NCBI RefSeq assembly: GCF_032191835.1
Contig: NC_083240.1
Coordinates: 27,652,001 to 27,716,000 of the forward strand
DNA: 64,000 bases
Reading direction: 5' to 3'
Source of the DNA: Heteronotia binoei
Lineage: Eukaryota
The notes under the pieces: model-generated
What the model was told of the DNA's origin: nothing
Databases searched by the model: none
The model's input: the letters and a program-made list of their open reading frames with translations, nothing else
Part shown: one piece after another, positions 1 to 12,088 of the stretch
Numbering within the stretch: position 1 is the stretch's first letter
How the letters are laid out: each line of letters opens with the position of its first letter
Made by a program: the position numbers and the translations under genes

Positions 1-123
1 AACTGCAGCATTATTCATCAATGGAAATATATTAAATGATGGTGGTTTTGCAACTTCTCTTGTCCCACCTGGGGCATCTGGAGGTGAGGAAGTCTGAATG
101 ACTTCCTTCCCAGCAGTCTGAAT

Positions 124-300
124 GGCCAAGGCTAGCTCTTCAGAACTTGGAAGCTAAGCAGGATTGGCCATGGTTTGGACTTGGATGGGAGACCCCCCAA
201 AGAATGCCTGGGTTGCTACCCAGAGGGAAGCAATGGCAAGCCACTTCTTGCCTTCAGAACCCCATGAAGGGCTGCCGTAAGTCAGCTGTGACTTGATGCA
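124..300 (+). mobile_element. 5S rRNA-derived SINE with RTE/Bov-B-like tail (degenerate)
   Basis: ggaagctaagcagg...ttggatgggagacc (5S internal promoter region) followed by gcaatggcaagccac...gtcagctgtgacttga. Confidence 0.7.
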
Positions 301-373
301 GGTTAATGATTATTCTTATTAATTTCTGGCAGGGACCACCGAAGAAGCAAGCCGTGTGAGCCCCCAAGCCTGC

Positions 374-597
374 ATGTCTGTCTGCAACAACGGCACCAGC
401 ATGCCTTCTCCACATGAAGCTTCCAATGGCTTCCCCCAGCCCAGTGCCTCAGGCACATGGCACAAGCCCGAGGAAGAAGCTCGGCTGGTGGAGGCCGGCT
501 TGGTGAAGAAGGCCCATCGAGAGATCCTGGACCATGAGAGGAAAAGGCGTGTGGAACTGAAGTGTATGGAACTCCAGGAGATGATGGAGGAGCAAGG
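374..597 (+). CDS. SRRM3: SRRM3 coding exon 1 (exon starts at 333): MSVCNNG...MEEQG, N-terminal half of cwf21 domain
   Basis: Acceptor tttctggcAG at 331-332, ATG at 374, donor GG|GTGAGC at 598, phase 2. Confidence 0.95.
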
Positions 598-700
598 GTG
601 AGCACTGGCTTCCTTTCTTCAGGGTAAAATGGGAAGGGTGATGGACCAGGCTGGAGGAGGAGTCAGTGTCATTGCAGGCTGTGGGCCCAGACTCTGGGAG

Positions 701-1619
701 ATGGTGGTGGTGGTGGCGCATTCTTCTACCTCAGTTTATAAAATGTTGGGAGACACAGAAGGTTTGAGGCCCAGTCCTCAAGTTCTCAGTGGTGAAGTTC
801 TTGCAAAGTAAGAGGTTGTGGCTCAGTGGCAGAGTATCCACTTTGGATGCAAAAGGTCTCTGTTTCCAACCTCATCATCTCCACTTGGGGGGTAGGGTTG
901 CCAATATCCAGGTGGGGGCAGGGGATACCCTGGTTTGGAGGCCTTCCTCCTGCTTCAGAGTCATTGGAAAGCGGGGGTTGGGGAGGGAACTGTCTGCTGG
1001 GTGGGCACTCCATTATACTCTGAGACTGATTCCCATAGGATATGATTGAGAACTGATCCATGGGTATCTGAGGGGCTGTTTTTTTGAGGTAGAGGCAACA
1101 AATTTTCCATATAACATCCAATGCCTCTCCTCAAAACACTCCCGAAGTTTCAAAAAGATTGGACTGAGGTTGAATTCTATGAGCTGCCAAAGAAGGTGTC
1201 CCTATCCTTCATTATTTCCAAATGGAGGGAAGGCATTTAAAAGGTGTGCAGTCCCTTTAAATGTGATTGCCAGAACTCTCTTTGGAGTTAAAGATAGCCG
1301 AGTATCTGTTTCAGCAGAAGCCAGCTATTCAAGAAAGGCCCATGTCTCACTGAGAGAGTATCTCATTTGCATGCAGAAGAGACCAGGTTTAGCCCCTGGC
1401 CTCTCCAGTTAGAAGGATTTGGGAGGGCATCATGACATCTCCCAAGTGGAGATGATGGGGATGGAAACTGGGACCTTTTGCATCCAAAGTGGATATGCTG
1501 CCACTAAGTCACATCTTACTTTGCAAGAACTTCACCACTGGAGAACTGGGCCTCAAACCTTCTGTGTCCCCCAACATTTTATAAACTGAGGTAGAAAGAT
1601 GCACCACCACCAGCACCAT
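701..1619. repeat. Inverted duplication, arms 701-889 and 1441-1619
   Basis: The reverse complement of 1441-1619 aligns to 701-889 along its length, including non-repeat sequence (tacctcagtttataaaatgttgg...gaagttcttgcaaagtaaga). Confidence 0.9.
893..1290 (+). mobile_element. hAT-like MITE (TAGGGTTGCCA family, long type), 3'-truncated
   Basis: Starts tagggttgccaa; body matches the copies at 4366, 20600 and 24573; right end missing. Confidence 0.8.
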
Positions 1620-1813
1620 GGCTCATGGCTCACTGTTAAGGTCCCTGTTTCAATCCCCACTATTACTAATTGAAGGATCTCCATTAGGCAAGCTAAGAAG
1701 GGCTTCAGTCTGAGAATTGTTTAGATTCTGGCCATCAGAAGAAACAATACTGACCTAAGTGGACTATCAATCTGATGGCATAAGGGGAACAGGTTGAGGA
1801 GGAGCTATAGCCG

Positions 1814-2165
1814 TAGGGCTACCAAGCCCCCGGTCTGGGCAGGGGTTCCCCTACCTGGGAGGTTCCCAACCTGCCAGCCCACACTAGGCTGGCGGGGAGA
1901 ACCTCCCCCAACATTGCCAATGTGATGATGTCACCCGGAAGTGACTTCATCGCACCGGTGATGTCCCGTGGCCGCTGCTCTAGGCATTTCCAGGAAAACT
2001 CTATGGTTTTCCCGGATGCTCTAGCCATTTGGGAGGGAAAACTCTATGGTACAGTAGATACCATAGAGTTTTTCCCTCCCAAATGGCTAGACCAGGTGAC
2101 GTCATCACACCAGCGACGTCGGGGGAGGTTCCCTGCCGGGGGCTGAAAGGTACTTGGCAACCCTA
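1814..2165. mobile_element. hAT-like MITE with internal 32-bp hairpin (2020-2091)
   Basis: TIRs tagggctaccaag / cttggcaacccta. Confidence 0.75.
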
Positions 2166-2202
2166 TATATCAATATGACTTAACACATGCTTTGCATGAA
2201 AA

Positions 2203-2650
2203 TGTTAGGCTTTGGCAATTTCATTTCCTGAAGTCATGAGATAATTGTTTGTTTATGCATGCTGATGTCTACGCTTAGTTTCGAGTTACAGCCAATAATA
2301 TTGTCTCCACGTATTTGCTGCCGGAAACTAGGTGTCAATATACATATTCACTAGTATTGAGACGCTCTAATTGGATAATCGATACATTAGCGACGGACTA
2401 GGGATAAAGTTTAGAGTCTCATATTTATGGCTCTTGTCTGAATCTCTAGTCTTCCTTACCAGATGATTTAGACCTCAGAAAGTAAACGTGAAGTTAGAGA
2501 AGTTAGATAGGATGTCAATGCTTTGTTTTGTAGACTCCTAAAGTTACCCCTTTCCTCACTAGATCATCAAAGATTGCTTCTAAGCTAATGCCCGTGTGCT
2601 GGCTGTTTATTTTGTTACCTCTTACTTAACTCTGCTAAGTATCCCTAACA
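2203..2650. mobile_element. Probable solo LTR
   Basis: Termini TGTTAGG...CCTAACA, flanks gaaaa/taaaa, CpG-richer than surroundings. Confidence 0.5.
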
Positions 2651-2772
2651 TAAAAAGATAACGGGCTCAAGCTCCTGTTAAAGAATGCCAGGCAGCAGTG
2701 CTGCCTAGGCCCTGGAGGGCTGCTGCTAGCTCAGACTTGGTATCAGGAGTTATGTATAGAAAGAGGAGTTAT

Positions 2773-2960
2773 NNNNNNNNNNNNNNNNNNNNNNNNNNNN
2801 NNNNNNNNNNNNNNNNNNNNNNNNNNNNNNNNNNNNNNNNNNNNNNNNNNNNNNNNNNNNNNNNNNNNNNNNNNNNNNNNNNNNNNNNNNNNNNNNNNNN
2901 NNNNNNNNNNNNNNNNNNNNNNNNNNNNNNNNNNNNNNNNNNNNNNNNNNNNNNNNNNNN
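2773..2960. other. Assembly gap (188 N)
   Basis: Run of N. Confidence 1.
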
Positions 2961-4365
2961 NTTCCAAGCCGCCAGCTGGCTTGGCTTGGAGAAGTAATTT
3001 AAAGAGACAGATGCCTTCTCCAAGCCGGCTGATGGGATGGTGGGGGCTTTGAGAGCCACACAATATGTGTGAAAGAGCCACATGCAGCTCCTGAGCTGCA
3101 GTTCAGCCACCCCAGTTAGAATGTTGGATTCATGGGTGAACTGGAACGTTAAAATGGCCCAGGAGCAAGCCATGCTGAGAGTCTCCTTCTGCACTACAAT
3201 GCTGTTTGGTCCACCTGCCTCAGACCTGTTGAGCAATGCCAACCATGGGTGCCAGCTCACTCACCCACTGTCTTCTCCCACACTGCTGCTCAACCTGGGC
3301 AGAGTGGAGTGTCCCTTGGAGCACTGTCAGAGGTGCCAGAGATTGGCTCCTCTCCTTCCTGGCTGTTCAGTGGCCGTGGTGAGCAGTGCCTAACTGGGTG
3401 CTTTCCCTGTAAGTGGCACGGCTGGTCCACCACTGGTTGGGTGAAGGATGCCCAAGTTCAAATTGCCCTGAAGCTCACGAACTGTCATCTTAACTTACCT
3501 CAGTCTGAAGGTTGTAAGAATAAAACTGGGGACATTACCCAGGGTTCCTTGGATGGGATAAAATTCAACTTAATCCTATGTAGGTGTGTTTTCTTCATGA
3601 CGGGAATTCATCTCTCGCAGTGGGAGATGCTGCTGTAGGAGGGAGGATATTTCCTGCACACATAAGCACTAAGGAAAGAAAGAAAGAAACCAGTTAAGGT
3701 TCTGTCCTAGTTTCGGTGATGACTAATATTCCTTTTTGGTTTCTGTTCAGGCTATTTAAGGTCAACTGCTCTCAAAATCAGGTTTGAATCTGTTCACCCC
3801 AGAAAACAGCAGATTACGGGTTGGATCTTTCTAGCTTTTCTACCAGTGAAAGAGGGAGGAGGAGACCATTATGACCCCCCCACCAAAAAAAGACTAGGGC
3901 GGGGTTAATGGGATGCACATGGAAAGTAGGTTCATTGTGGAGGAAAAGCTGGATGAGACTGAGCCCTTGTCAATAACCATTTGCAATAGTGGTGTGAAAT
4001 ACAGTGTCTAAGTCCGCTTGCGGAGTGGGCAGCATATAAATCCAAAGTAAATAAAATAAAATAAGTCAGGTCACAATTAAATCTATTTATAACATACACA
4101 GAAAAATGCAGTCTGGGACATCCATCCTTGGTCATGTATCGCGTCTGGGACAGTGTGTCCCCCTGTGTTCTAGGGAGCGTATGCACAAATGAATTTCTAA
4201 GTTCACCAATGGGCAAGAATGATGTCAGTGGATGTATTTGTTCTCTCTAGGAAACTGATGTGCAGTCTCTACCCTAAGAGGTGCTGAAAGGGCTTCCTCC
4301 TTTGGTGGGTCTTGTGGATCTCTACATCCAGCATGCCACCCTTGGTAGTGGTCATTTCCTCTAGC

Positions 4366-5368
4366 TAGGGCTGCCAATCCCCAGGTGGGGGGCAGGGGGT
4401 CCCCCAGTTTGGAGACCCTTCCCCCACTTCAGGATCATCAGAAAACCAGGGTGGGGAGAGTGAAATGTCTTCTGGGCACTCCATTATTCCCTAGGGAGAC
4501 CGATTCCCATAGGGGATAATGGAGAATTGATCTGCGGGTATCTGGGGCTCTGGGGAGCACCAGATTTGCAGCATAGCATCTGCAGAAGGTGATCCTATCC
4601 ATTATTTCCAGTGGAGGGGAGGCATTTAAAAGGTGTGTGGCCCCTTTAAATGTGATGGCCAGAACTCCCCTTGGAGTTCAATTATGCTTGTCACAACCTT
4701 CCTCCTGGCTCCACCTTCAAAGTCTCTTAGCTCCATCCCCAGAGTCTCACTCCCCAGATATTTCTTTGTTTAAAGAATTTTATTAATAACACATGGTAAC
4801 ATTATCCATTAATAACTTTTTTTTATCTTCCCCATATGCTATTTTCTAAATCCCCCTCCCCCCGTTACTTGACTCCCGCCGATGTTAGAAACGTAAAATG
4901 TTAACACTTAAAGGTACCCTTAAACCATATGAACCATATAAGCCTAGATTCATGTTCTTCTTTTTTCTAATACTTAATCATTATTAAAAAATTGCCCAAT
5001 GTCCTTTTATTTTCCATTGTTTTTCTACATAACCTCTAAACTTTTTCCACTCCTTTCTGTAAACTTCCAAATCATAGTCTCTTAAGATTCTTGTTTGTTT
5101 ATCCATCTCACTCCATGTTATTTCTTTTGTAATCCAATCCCATTTTTCTGGTATTTTTTCTTGCTTCCATAGCTGAGCATACAATGTCCTAGCCGCTGAA
5201 AGCAAGTACCAAATCAAAGTTCTCTCTTCTTTTGGAAATGTTTCCATTTGTAATCCCAACAGAAATGTTTCTGCTACTTTCTTAAATTCATATCCCAAGA
5301 TCTTAAAATTTCTTGTTGAATCATCTGCCCCTCCCCAGATATTTCTTGAATTGGGCTTGGCGACCCTA
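4366..5368 (+). mobile_element. hAT-like MITE (long TAGGG type) interrupted by an L1
   Basis: TIRs tagggctgccaa / ttggcgacccta; 8-bp TSD cctctagc/cttccagc. Confidence 0.85.
4767..5330 (-). mobile_element. 5'-truncated L1-clade LINE (ORF2 C-terminus plus 3' UTR)
   Basis: ORF ...KILGYEFKKVAETFLLG...AARTLYAQLWK...EWKKFRGYVEKQW; perfect 17-bp TSD ctccccagatatttctt (4750-4766 / 5331-5347). Confidence 0.88.
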
Positions 5369-6490
5369 CTTCCAGCTGTTCTGTCCTCTGTCTGCTTCTT
5401 TCCCACACATAACATAATGATTTTTCCTTGTAACTTTGTTGATGTTTATTCTGATACAGAATGTGGGTAATTTTCATGCACACAGCATTTGGAAACAGAG
5501 GAAATTGCCAAATTAAGTCAAAATTATGGAGGAGTAGCATGAAGTTGATAGCAGAATTCTGTTATTGTAAATGAAGAGAGTTGGGGGAAATCCACTCCTA
5601 GCTGACACTGTATATAGACAAGCACATTAGCACAGAACACCTGTCCCAGCTCAAATGTCTAGATCTAATATGTATTTTCTGTTATTTCCTGGACCAGATT
5701 GTAGAGAGGAATAGCAGCTTAGAAAAGTTCTCCGGTTGTTGTTTTTCCTTAAAAATCCATGCATTGGAATAACTGGCATGTCAGCGGAAATATTCATATG
5801 GATTTTCTTCCTGAGATGCTAACTTTCTGTATATAGGGTTTTTTTTTTTAAAATATGGGAGAATATTCAGATGTAGGTTTTTTAGACAGAATTCCTTCTC
5901 CACATCTATTTGTCTGGTGCCTAGTGTGTCTGTGTGTGTGTGCTTATTTGCTACCTGTAATTTCCCCCAGGCATTCTGTTGATTTTATTGATCCCGTTTA
6001 TATCCTGTTTGTCCTAATCCCTGTCTTTATTTCATCATTTAGACTCTAAGGAGGGTATCCCGGTAGTTGTTTTCTTTTTTTGGATGCTACCCGTTTGCAG
6101 TTCTCCTTCCTAACAACCTTGAACTAGTTTATTGATACACTGCTTTGGAGGTTTGATGATCAGTCTTATTGACATTTTATGCTGGTATCCATACCAGCTG
6201 TCAAATTTGGGTCAAAGGTCAGTGGCATACAAGTCTGAGAACCAGCCAAACATACTATTCTATGCCACCCCAGGGCAGTGCGAGATGGTGGGGTCCTGCA
6301 AGGACTGTACCATATGTAATTGTTGTGTGCTGGTGAGCATGAAACAAGTCTTCAAGATTGCAAAAATTAAGACACAAGCTGATGGATGTAACACCAATTG
6401 TCCACAGCACTTCAACTGTATCGGGCAATGTCTGCTCTGGGAGTGGACTCTATTGAATGATGGATATCTCCCTAAGCGGATAACACAATT

Positions 6491-6772
6491 GATGATGATG
6501 GTGATAATGATATTGGATTTATACTCCACCCTCCACTCTGAATCCCAGAGTCTCAGAGCGGCTCACAATCTCCTTTACCATCCTCTACCAAAACAGACCC
6601 CCCCTGTGAGGTGGGTGGGGCTGAGAGGGCTCACACAGCAGCTGCCTTTTCAAGGACAGCTCTGTGAGAGCTATGGCTGGCCCAAGGCCATTCCGGCAGC
6701 TGCAAGTGGAGGAGTGGGGAATCAGACCCGGTTCTCCCAGATAAGAGTCTGTGAACCACTTCACCAAACTGG
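6491..6772 (-). mobile_element. tRNA-head SINE with L2-type tail (Squam3-like)
   Basis: Minus strand begins ccagtttggtg..., carries a B-box-like ggtctgattccc, and ends in an L2-like tail with (ATC)n. Confidence 0.85.
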
Positions 6773-7853
6773 TGTCGTTGGAGGGGAAGGAGGAAACCAC
6801 TCTTGGCTTCCAGGTGGTGACAATAGAGATCTGTTCAGGCTGTGATTCAGACCAAGATGGCCTTTCCCTACTGCTGGTGCTCCAAGGGATGAATGAGTCA
6901 GAGGGATTTCCACACTGTGGCCAAATACTGGAGAGCAGAAGCCCCTGAATCCAGGGAGTGACATCAGCTTTCTCTTTCTGATAAAGGGAAGCAGCTGCTT
7001 CTAGCTCCCACCCCCCTCCAGCTGGCCTGTGACTCACAATCTGCCAGCGACAGCAATCCTCAGAGGGCCCAGCCTGTCAGACTTGTTTCCTCAACAGCAG
7101 CAGGAACCCACAAAAATTGACCTGTGCATTGCTTCTCTGCTCCCTTTGTAGAACAGCACGCTGGGAAATTCCACTCCAGGACTAAGCCTGGCATCAGCGA
7201 AGCCATCTAAGTCACCTCTCCTTCACAGCAAGGTTACCTGATTTGGACTATACATTAAGAACAGGAGAAATGCCTGGCTGGATTCAGCCCCAGCACCCTT
7301 CTAGCCCAGCATCCTATTCCCTGTAGAGGTTGGCCAGATGATGCTGGGATCCTGATCCCTTGATCATGCCTGGATCCCGCACAATTAAGAATTCTCTCCA
7401 CAAGGAATGTTTTGTATTGCACTTGAATCAACTCTCCCATTCTCATGGGAGCCACTTTATCACCGGAAAGCAGGGTATAAAATAAAAATCAATTAGCATC
7501 CACCAACTGGTCTCTTAAATGCTGGAAGCTCATTGGGCATCCATGCAAATCCCCATGAGTAGAGACTTAACTGAGAATTGTGTTAGCAAAGGGGTCATCC
7601 TACGCAGAGTTACACAAAAGTAGGCAGAGGGAAACCTGGGTTCAAAATGCTGCTTGGCTTACTGGGTAGCCTTAGGCCAGCTGTGTTCTGTCAGCTGAGC
7701 CAGGTCTACCCTACAAGGCTATCTTGAATATAAAGTGGAAGAAGAGAGGACCATAGTTGCTGCCTGGGGCTCTTTGGCGAAAGGGAGGGATAAAACATAA
7801 TAGTTAAACTTTTTTTAAAAAAACTAATAAAAGCTGAGATTTGGGGTCCTGGG

Positions 7854-8084
7854 CAATACTCCCTCCAAGCTGTGAAGTCTTGTGAACAAAAGTTCTACTT
7901 TGTAAGCTCCTGTCATTAATGTTGTGAGCCACTGAATAAATTACGTAGTTTGGCCTGAGGCCATTTTTCCTGAGCTAAGACAAAAATGTGTGGGCTGGAA
8001 GCTAAAAATCTGTGAGCTAGCTCACACTAACTCAGCTTAAAATCATAGAGTTGGAAGGGACCTCCAGCCTTAGAGGGGACACTG
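7854..8084. mobile_element. hAT MITE (CAGTGTTCCCTCTAAG TIR family)
   Basis: Degenerate TIRs; TSD gtcctggg/atccttgg; same body as the copies at 57530 and 60484. Confidence 0.75.
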
Positions 8085-8482
8085 ATCCTTGGTACTCCCA
8101 GCATCCCTTCAAAAGGAAGAACTTGCCAAAGTTCCTTGTGCACTCCAGAATCCTTCATGGAAAACTGCATAATGCCTTGTTTTGTTTTGCTGAGGTATCC
8201 ATGTGCTCTTGCACTTCTGCACAAACTGAATCGGGATGTGATCACAGCAAGCTAGCTTTTTGGTAATGTTTCACCAGTGTGTGCCTGTGCATTGGTAACA
8301 ACAAGAGGGGTTGAGGAGGCAAAGGATAATAAGGACCTAATCCTCGCCATCCTGATGTGCACATGTCCTGTGCGTAGGAAAGACACCTGACCAAAGGGAT
8401 CTTGAAACACCTGTGTATACAATCCCAGCAAAGGGTTTTTTTGTTGTTGTTTTTGCAATGTCTTATCCATGCACCCATATGC

Positions 8483-10190
8483 ATCATTCTAGTTGCCTTT
8501 TTAATCATTCTAGTTGCCTTTTTCTGCACTTTTTCCAATGCTATAATATCCTTTTTGAGGTGCGGTGACCAGAACTGTACACAGTATTTCTAATGAGACC
8601 ACACCATCGATTTATACAGGGGCATTATGATACTGGCTAATTTGTTTTCTATTCCCTTCCTAATAATTCCCAGCATGGCATTGGCCCTTTTTATTGCAAT
8701 TGCACACTGTCTTGACATTTTCAGTGAGTTATCTACCATGACCCCAAGATCTCTCTCTCGGTCAGTCTCTGCCAGTTCACAACCCATCAACTTGTATTCA
8801 TAGCTGGGATTCTTGGCCCCAATGTGCATTACTTTGCACTTGGCCACATTGAACCTCATCTGCCACATTGACACCTACTCACCCAGCCTCAACAGATCCC
8901 TTTGGAGTGCCTCACAATCCTCTCTGGTTCTCACCACCCTGAACAATTTAGTGTCACCCACAAACTTGGCCACTTCACTGCTTACTCCCAACTCCGAATC
9001 ATTTATGAACAAGTTAAAGAGCATGGGACCCTGCGGCACCCCACTGCTTACCATCCTCCACTGCGAAGACTGCCCATTTATACTCACTCTCTGCTTCCTA
9101 CTAATTAGCCAGTTTTTGATCCACAAGAGGACCTGTCCTTTTACTCCATGACTCTCAAGCTTACTAAGGAGCCTTTGATGAGGAATTTTATCAAAAGCTT
9201 TCTGGAAGTCAAGGTAAACAACATCTATTGGGTCTGCTTTGTCCACATGTTTGTTCACCCCCTCAAAGAAATGTAACAGGTTAGTGAGGCAAGATCTTCC
9301 CTTACAGAACCCATGCTGAGTCTTCCTCAATAACTCGTGTTCATCAATGTGCCTACTCATTCTGTCCTTGATAATGGTTTCTACCAACTTTCCCGGTATT
9401 GAAGTCAGACTGACTGGCCTGTAATTTCCCGGATCTCCTCTGGAACCGTTTTTAAAGATGGGTGTGACATTTGCTACCTTCCAGTCCTCAGGAATGGAGA
9501 CAAATTTCAATGAAAGACTACATATTTTTGTCAGGAGATCCACAAGTTCAACTTTGAGTTCTTTCAGAACTTTTGGATGTATGCCATCCGGACCTGGTGA
9601 CTTATTAGATTTTAATTCGTCTATCAGTTGTAGGACGTCTTCTCTTGTCACCTCAATCTGACTCAGGTCAACACCCCTTCCAAAATTTGTGGTTCTGGAG
9701 CAGGCAAACACTTCTCGTCTTCCACAATGAAGACGGAGGCAAAAAATGCATTCAGCTTCTGAACCATTTCCCTATCCTCATTCAGTAATCCTTTTACCCC
9801 TTGGTCATCCAAGGGCCCCACTGCCTCCCTGGCTGGTTTCCTGTTTCTAATATATTTGAAGAAATTTTTATTGTTGGTCTTTATGTTTTTTGCCATACGA
9901 TCCTCATAGTCCCTTTTTGCCTGCCTGATCACAGTCTTGCATTTGATTTGCCACAGCCTGTGTTCCATTTTATTAATCTCACTTGGACTAGCTTTCTAGC
10001 TTTCTTAAAGGAGTCCTTCTTACCTTCTACAGCTTCCATTACTTTGTTTGTTAACCATGCAGGCCTTCTCTTATACCTGTTTGTGCCTTTCCTAACTTAT
10101 GGTATATATTTTATCTGAGCTTCTAGGATTGTAGTTTTAAATAGCCTCCAAGCTTCCCCAAGGGTTTTGACTGTATTTACCTTACCTAAA
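8483..10190 (-). mobile_element. CR1 LINE ORF2 (RT) fragment, disrupted, lacking its 3' end
   Basis: KSPGPDGIHPKVLKELK...GNYRPVSLTS...YLDFQKAFDK...SSGVPQG...LFNLFIND; frameshifts and deletions. Confidence 0.95.
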
Positions 10191-11069
10191 GTTGGGGGTT
10201 TAGGGAGGAGAGGGACCCAGGTATGGTATAATGCCTTGCAGTCCATCTTCCAAAGCAGCCGTTTTCTCCAGGAGAAGTGGAATAAATGTTTCAAATGAAT
10301 GAATGAATGATTTATGTATGGAGGAGATCAGTTATAATTCTGGGAGGTTTCCAACTGCTAATTGCTGGTGTTGGCTATTGAGGCAGGGAGGAAAAACACC
10401 TTTTATGGGCTGAAGTGCCTTGTCTATGGGGATGAGTGCAGTACTCTTAACATGATGTATTAGAAATTCTGTTCCCCCCACACCCCTTAAAATAAACCAT
10501 TGGATTCAGAGTGGCAAACTGCTTGAACGGAACACATTGATTCATCAGCTCATGAAAGCAACTGTCCATGCAAAGCGATGGATGCAGAATCCCACGGTTT
10601 AACTGGCAAAGAGAGAAGGGGGGTCTGAGCTGTGAAGGAAGCAATTCTCTAGTAGGATTCAGGGCCTTTTTTCTTTTACTGAAGAAATCCAACTGCAAAA
10701 AAAGGGGGGGGGGAGACTAATGAGAAGAAGAGCCATCTGTCACTTCTTGTTTTGCTCCAACTCTCTGATATCCAGAAAGTCTCCCCCCCCCCCCAAAAAA
10801 AATATTTGTTTTTACCAGGAGATTCTCCTCCCTCCCTCTGGGACTGGAGACAGAAGCAATAAAATTAAGCTCACAGTTGGCTGGCATCTCACTGAGAAGG
10901 ATGTTGGCAAAATCCAGGCCTTTACACCACAGCCTAAGAGGACTGCTTTCCATCCTTCTGTCTTTTTTAAAAATCTTGTAACATCAAGTCTGATGGAAAG
11001 TCCTGTGAGCTCAAACATTTGCACAGGATTTTGTGCTAATTTGGTTGGTCCAATGAAAGGTATTGCATG

Positions 11070-11250
11070 CGAGCTTTTTTTTGTATCAGGAACGCCTTTG
11101 CATATTAGGCCACACGCCCCTGATGTAGCCAATCCTCAAAGAGCATACGGGGCTCTTATTACAAGACCTACTGTAAGCTCCAGGAGGGTTGGCTACATCG
11201 GGGTGTGTGGCCTAATATGCAAATGAGTTCCTGCTTCAAAAGAAGCCCTG
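11070..11250. mobile_element. Palindromic hAT-like MITE with octamer core
   Basis: gctttttt...ttgcatattaggccacac...gtgtggcctaatatgcaaat...aagccctg. Confidence 0.8.
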
Positions 11251-11294
11251 ATGGATTTGGTTTCTGTAACCTAACACAGTCCTAATAGCGCAGT

Positions 11295-11490
11295 CTTGTC
11301 ACGGTTTGGAAGCTAAGCAGGGCTGACCATGGTCTTGGCTTGGGTGGGAGATCCCCCAAGAAAGTCTGGGGTTGCCATGCAGCGGAAGGCAATGGCAAAG
11401 TGTCTCTGCTCATCTCTTGCCTTGGAAACCCCTAAAAGGGGGACTTCACGGGGTTGCTGTGAGTCTGCTGCAATGCAATGGCACATGTTA
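11295..11490 (+). mobile_element. 5S-derived SINE with RTE-like tail
   Basis: ttggaagctaagcagggc...tgggagatcc...ggaaggcaatggcaaa. Confidence 0.75.
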
Positions 11491-11870
11491 CATTTTAACC
11501 TAACATCGGCCATAAAGTTAAGCATGCCTGCATGAATTTTATGGAGGATGTTTGTCAGATCAGGTTGCAACATCATGGCCTGAAGCAACTGCTTTCCTCC
11601 TCTCTGTCGTTTTAAAATTCTGTAACATCCAGCCGGGTGAAGACTTGTGTTGATTTGGTTGATCCTAATAACGGTCCTATGATGCAGGTTTTGTTCTTGC
11701 TTTTGAAAGAAGCAGGCCTTTATACCCCGCATTTCTCTACATTAAGGAGTTTCAAAGTGACTTGCAATCGCCTTCCCTTCATCTCCCCACAACAGGCACC
11801 TTGTGAGGTAGGCGGGGCTGAGAGAGTTCTAAGGGAACTGGGACTGACCCAGCAAACTTCATGTGGAGCA

Positions 11871-12088
11871 TAGGGTTGCCAGGTATGTGTTGGGAAAAAT
11901 CTGGAGACTTTGGGGACGGATCCAGAAGAGGGCAGGGTTTGGGCAGTGGGGGGGGAGGGCATGGTACGATGTCACAAAGTTCACCCTCCAAAGCAGCCAT
12001 TTTCTCCAGGGGAGCTGATCTCTGCCAGCTGGAGATCAGCTGTAAAAGCAGAAAATCTCCAGACCCCACCTGGAGGCTGGCAACCTTA
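11871..12088. mobile_element. Short TAGGGTTGCCA MITE (~215 bp); further copies near 13134, 19317, 19798, 21262, 25400, 30840, 31330, 36320, 39048, 41100 and 62930
   Basis: TIR tagggttgcca / tggcaacctta; shared core ccaaagcagccattttctccagggga. Confidence 0.8.

Noticed and set aside
7152-7232. 81-nt cryptic exon with TGC-rich acceptor
   Set aside because: In-frame TAA, weak donor (AAG|GTTACC) and short AG-free zone; not distinguishable from background.
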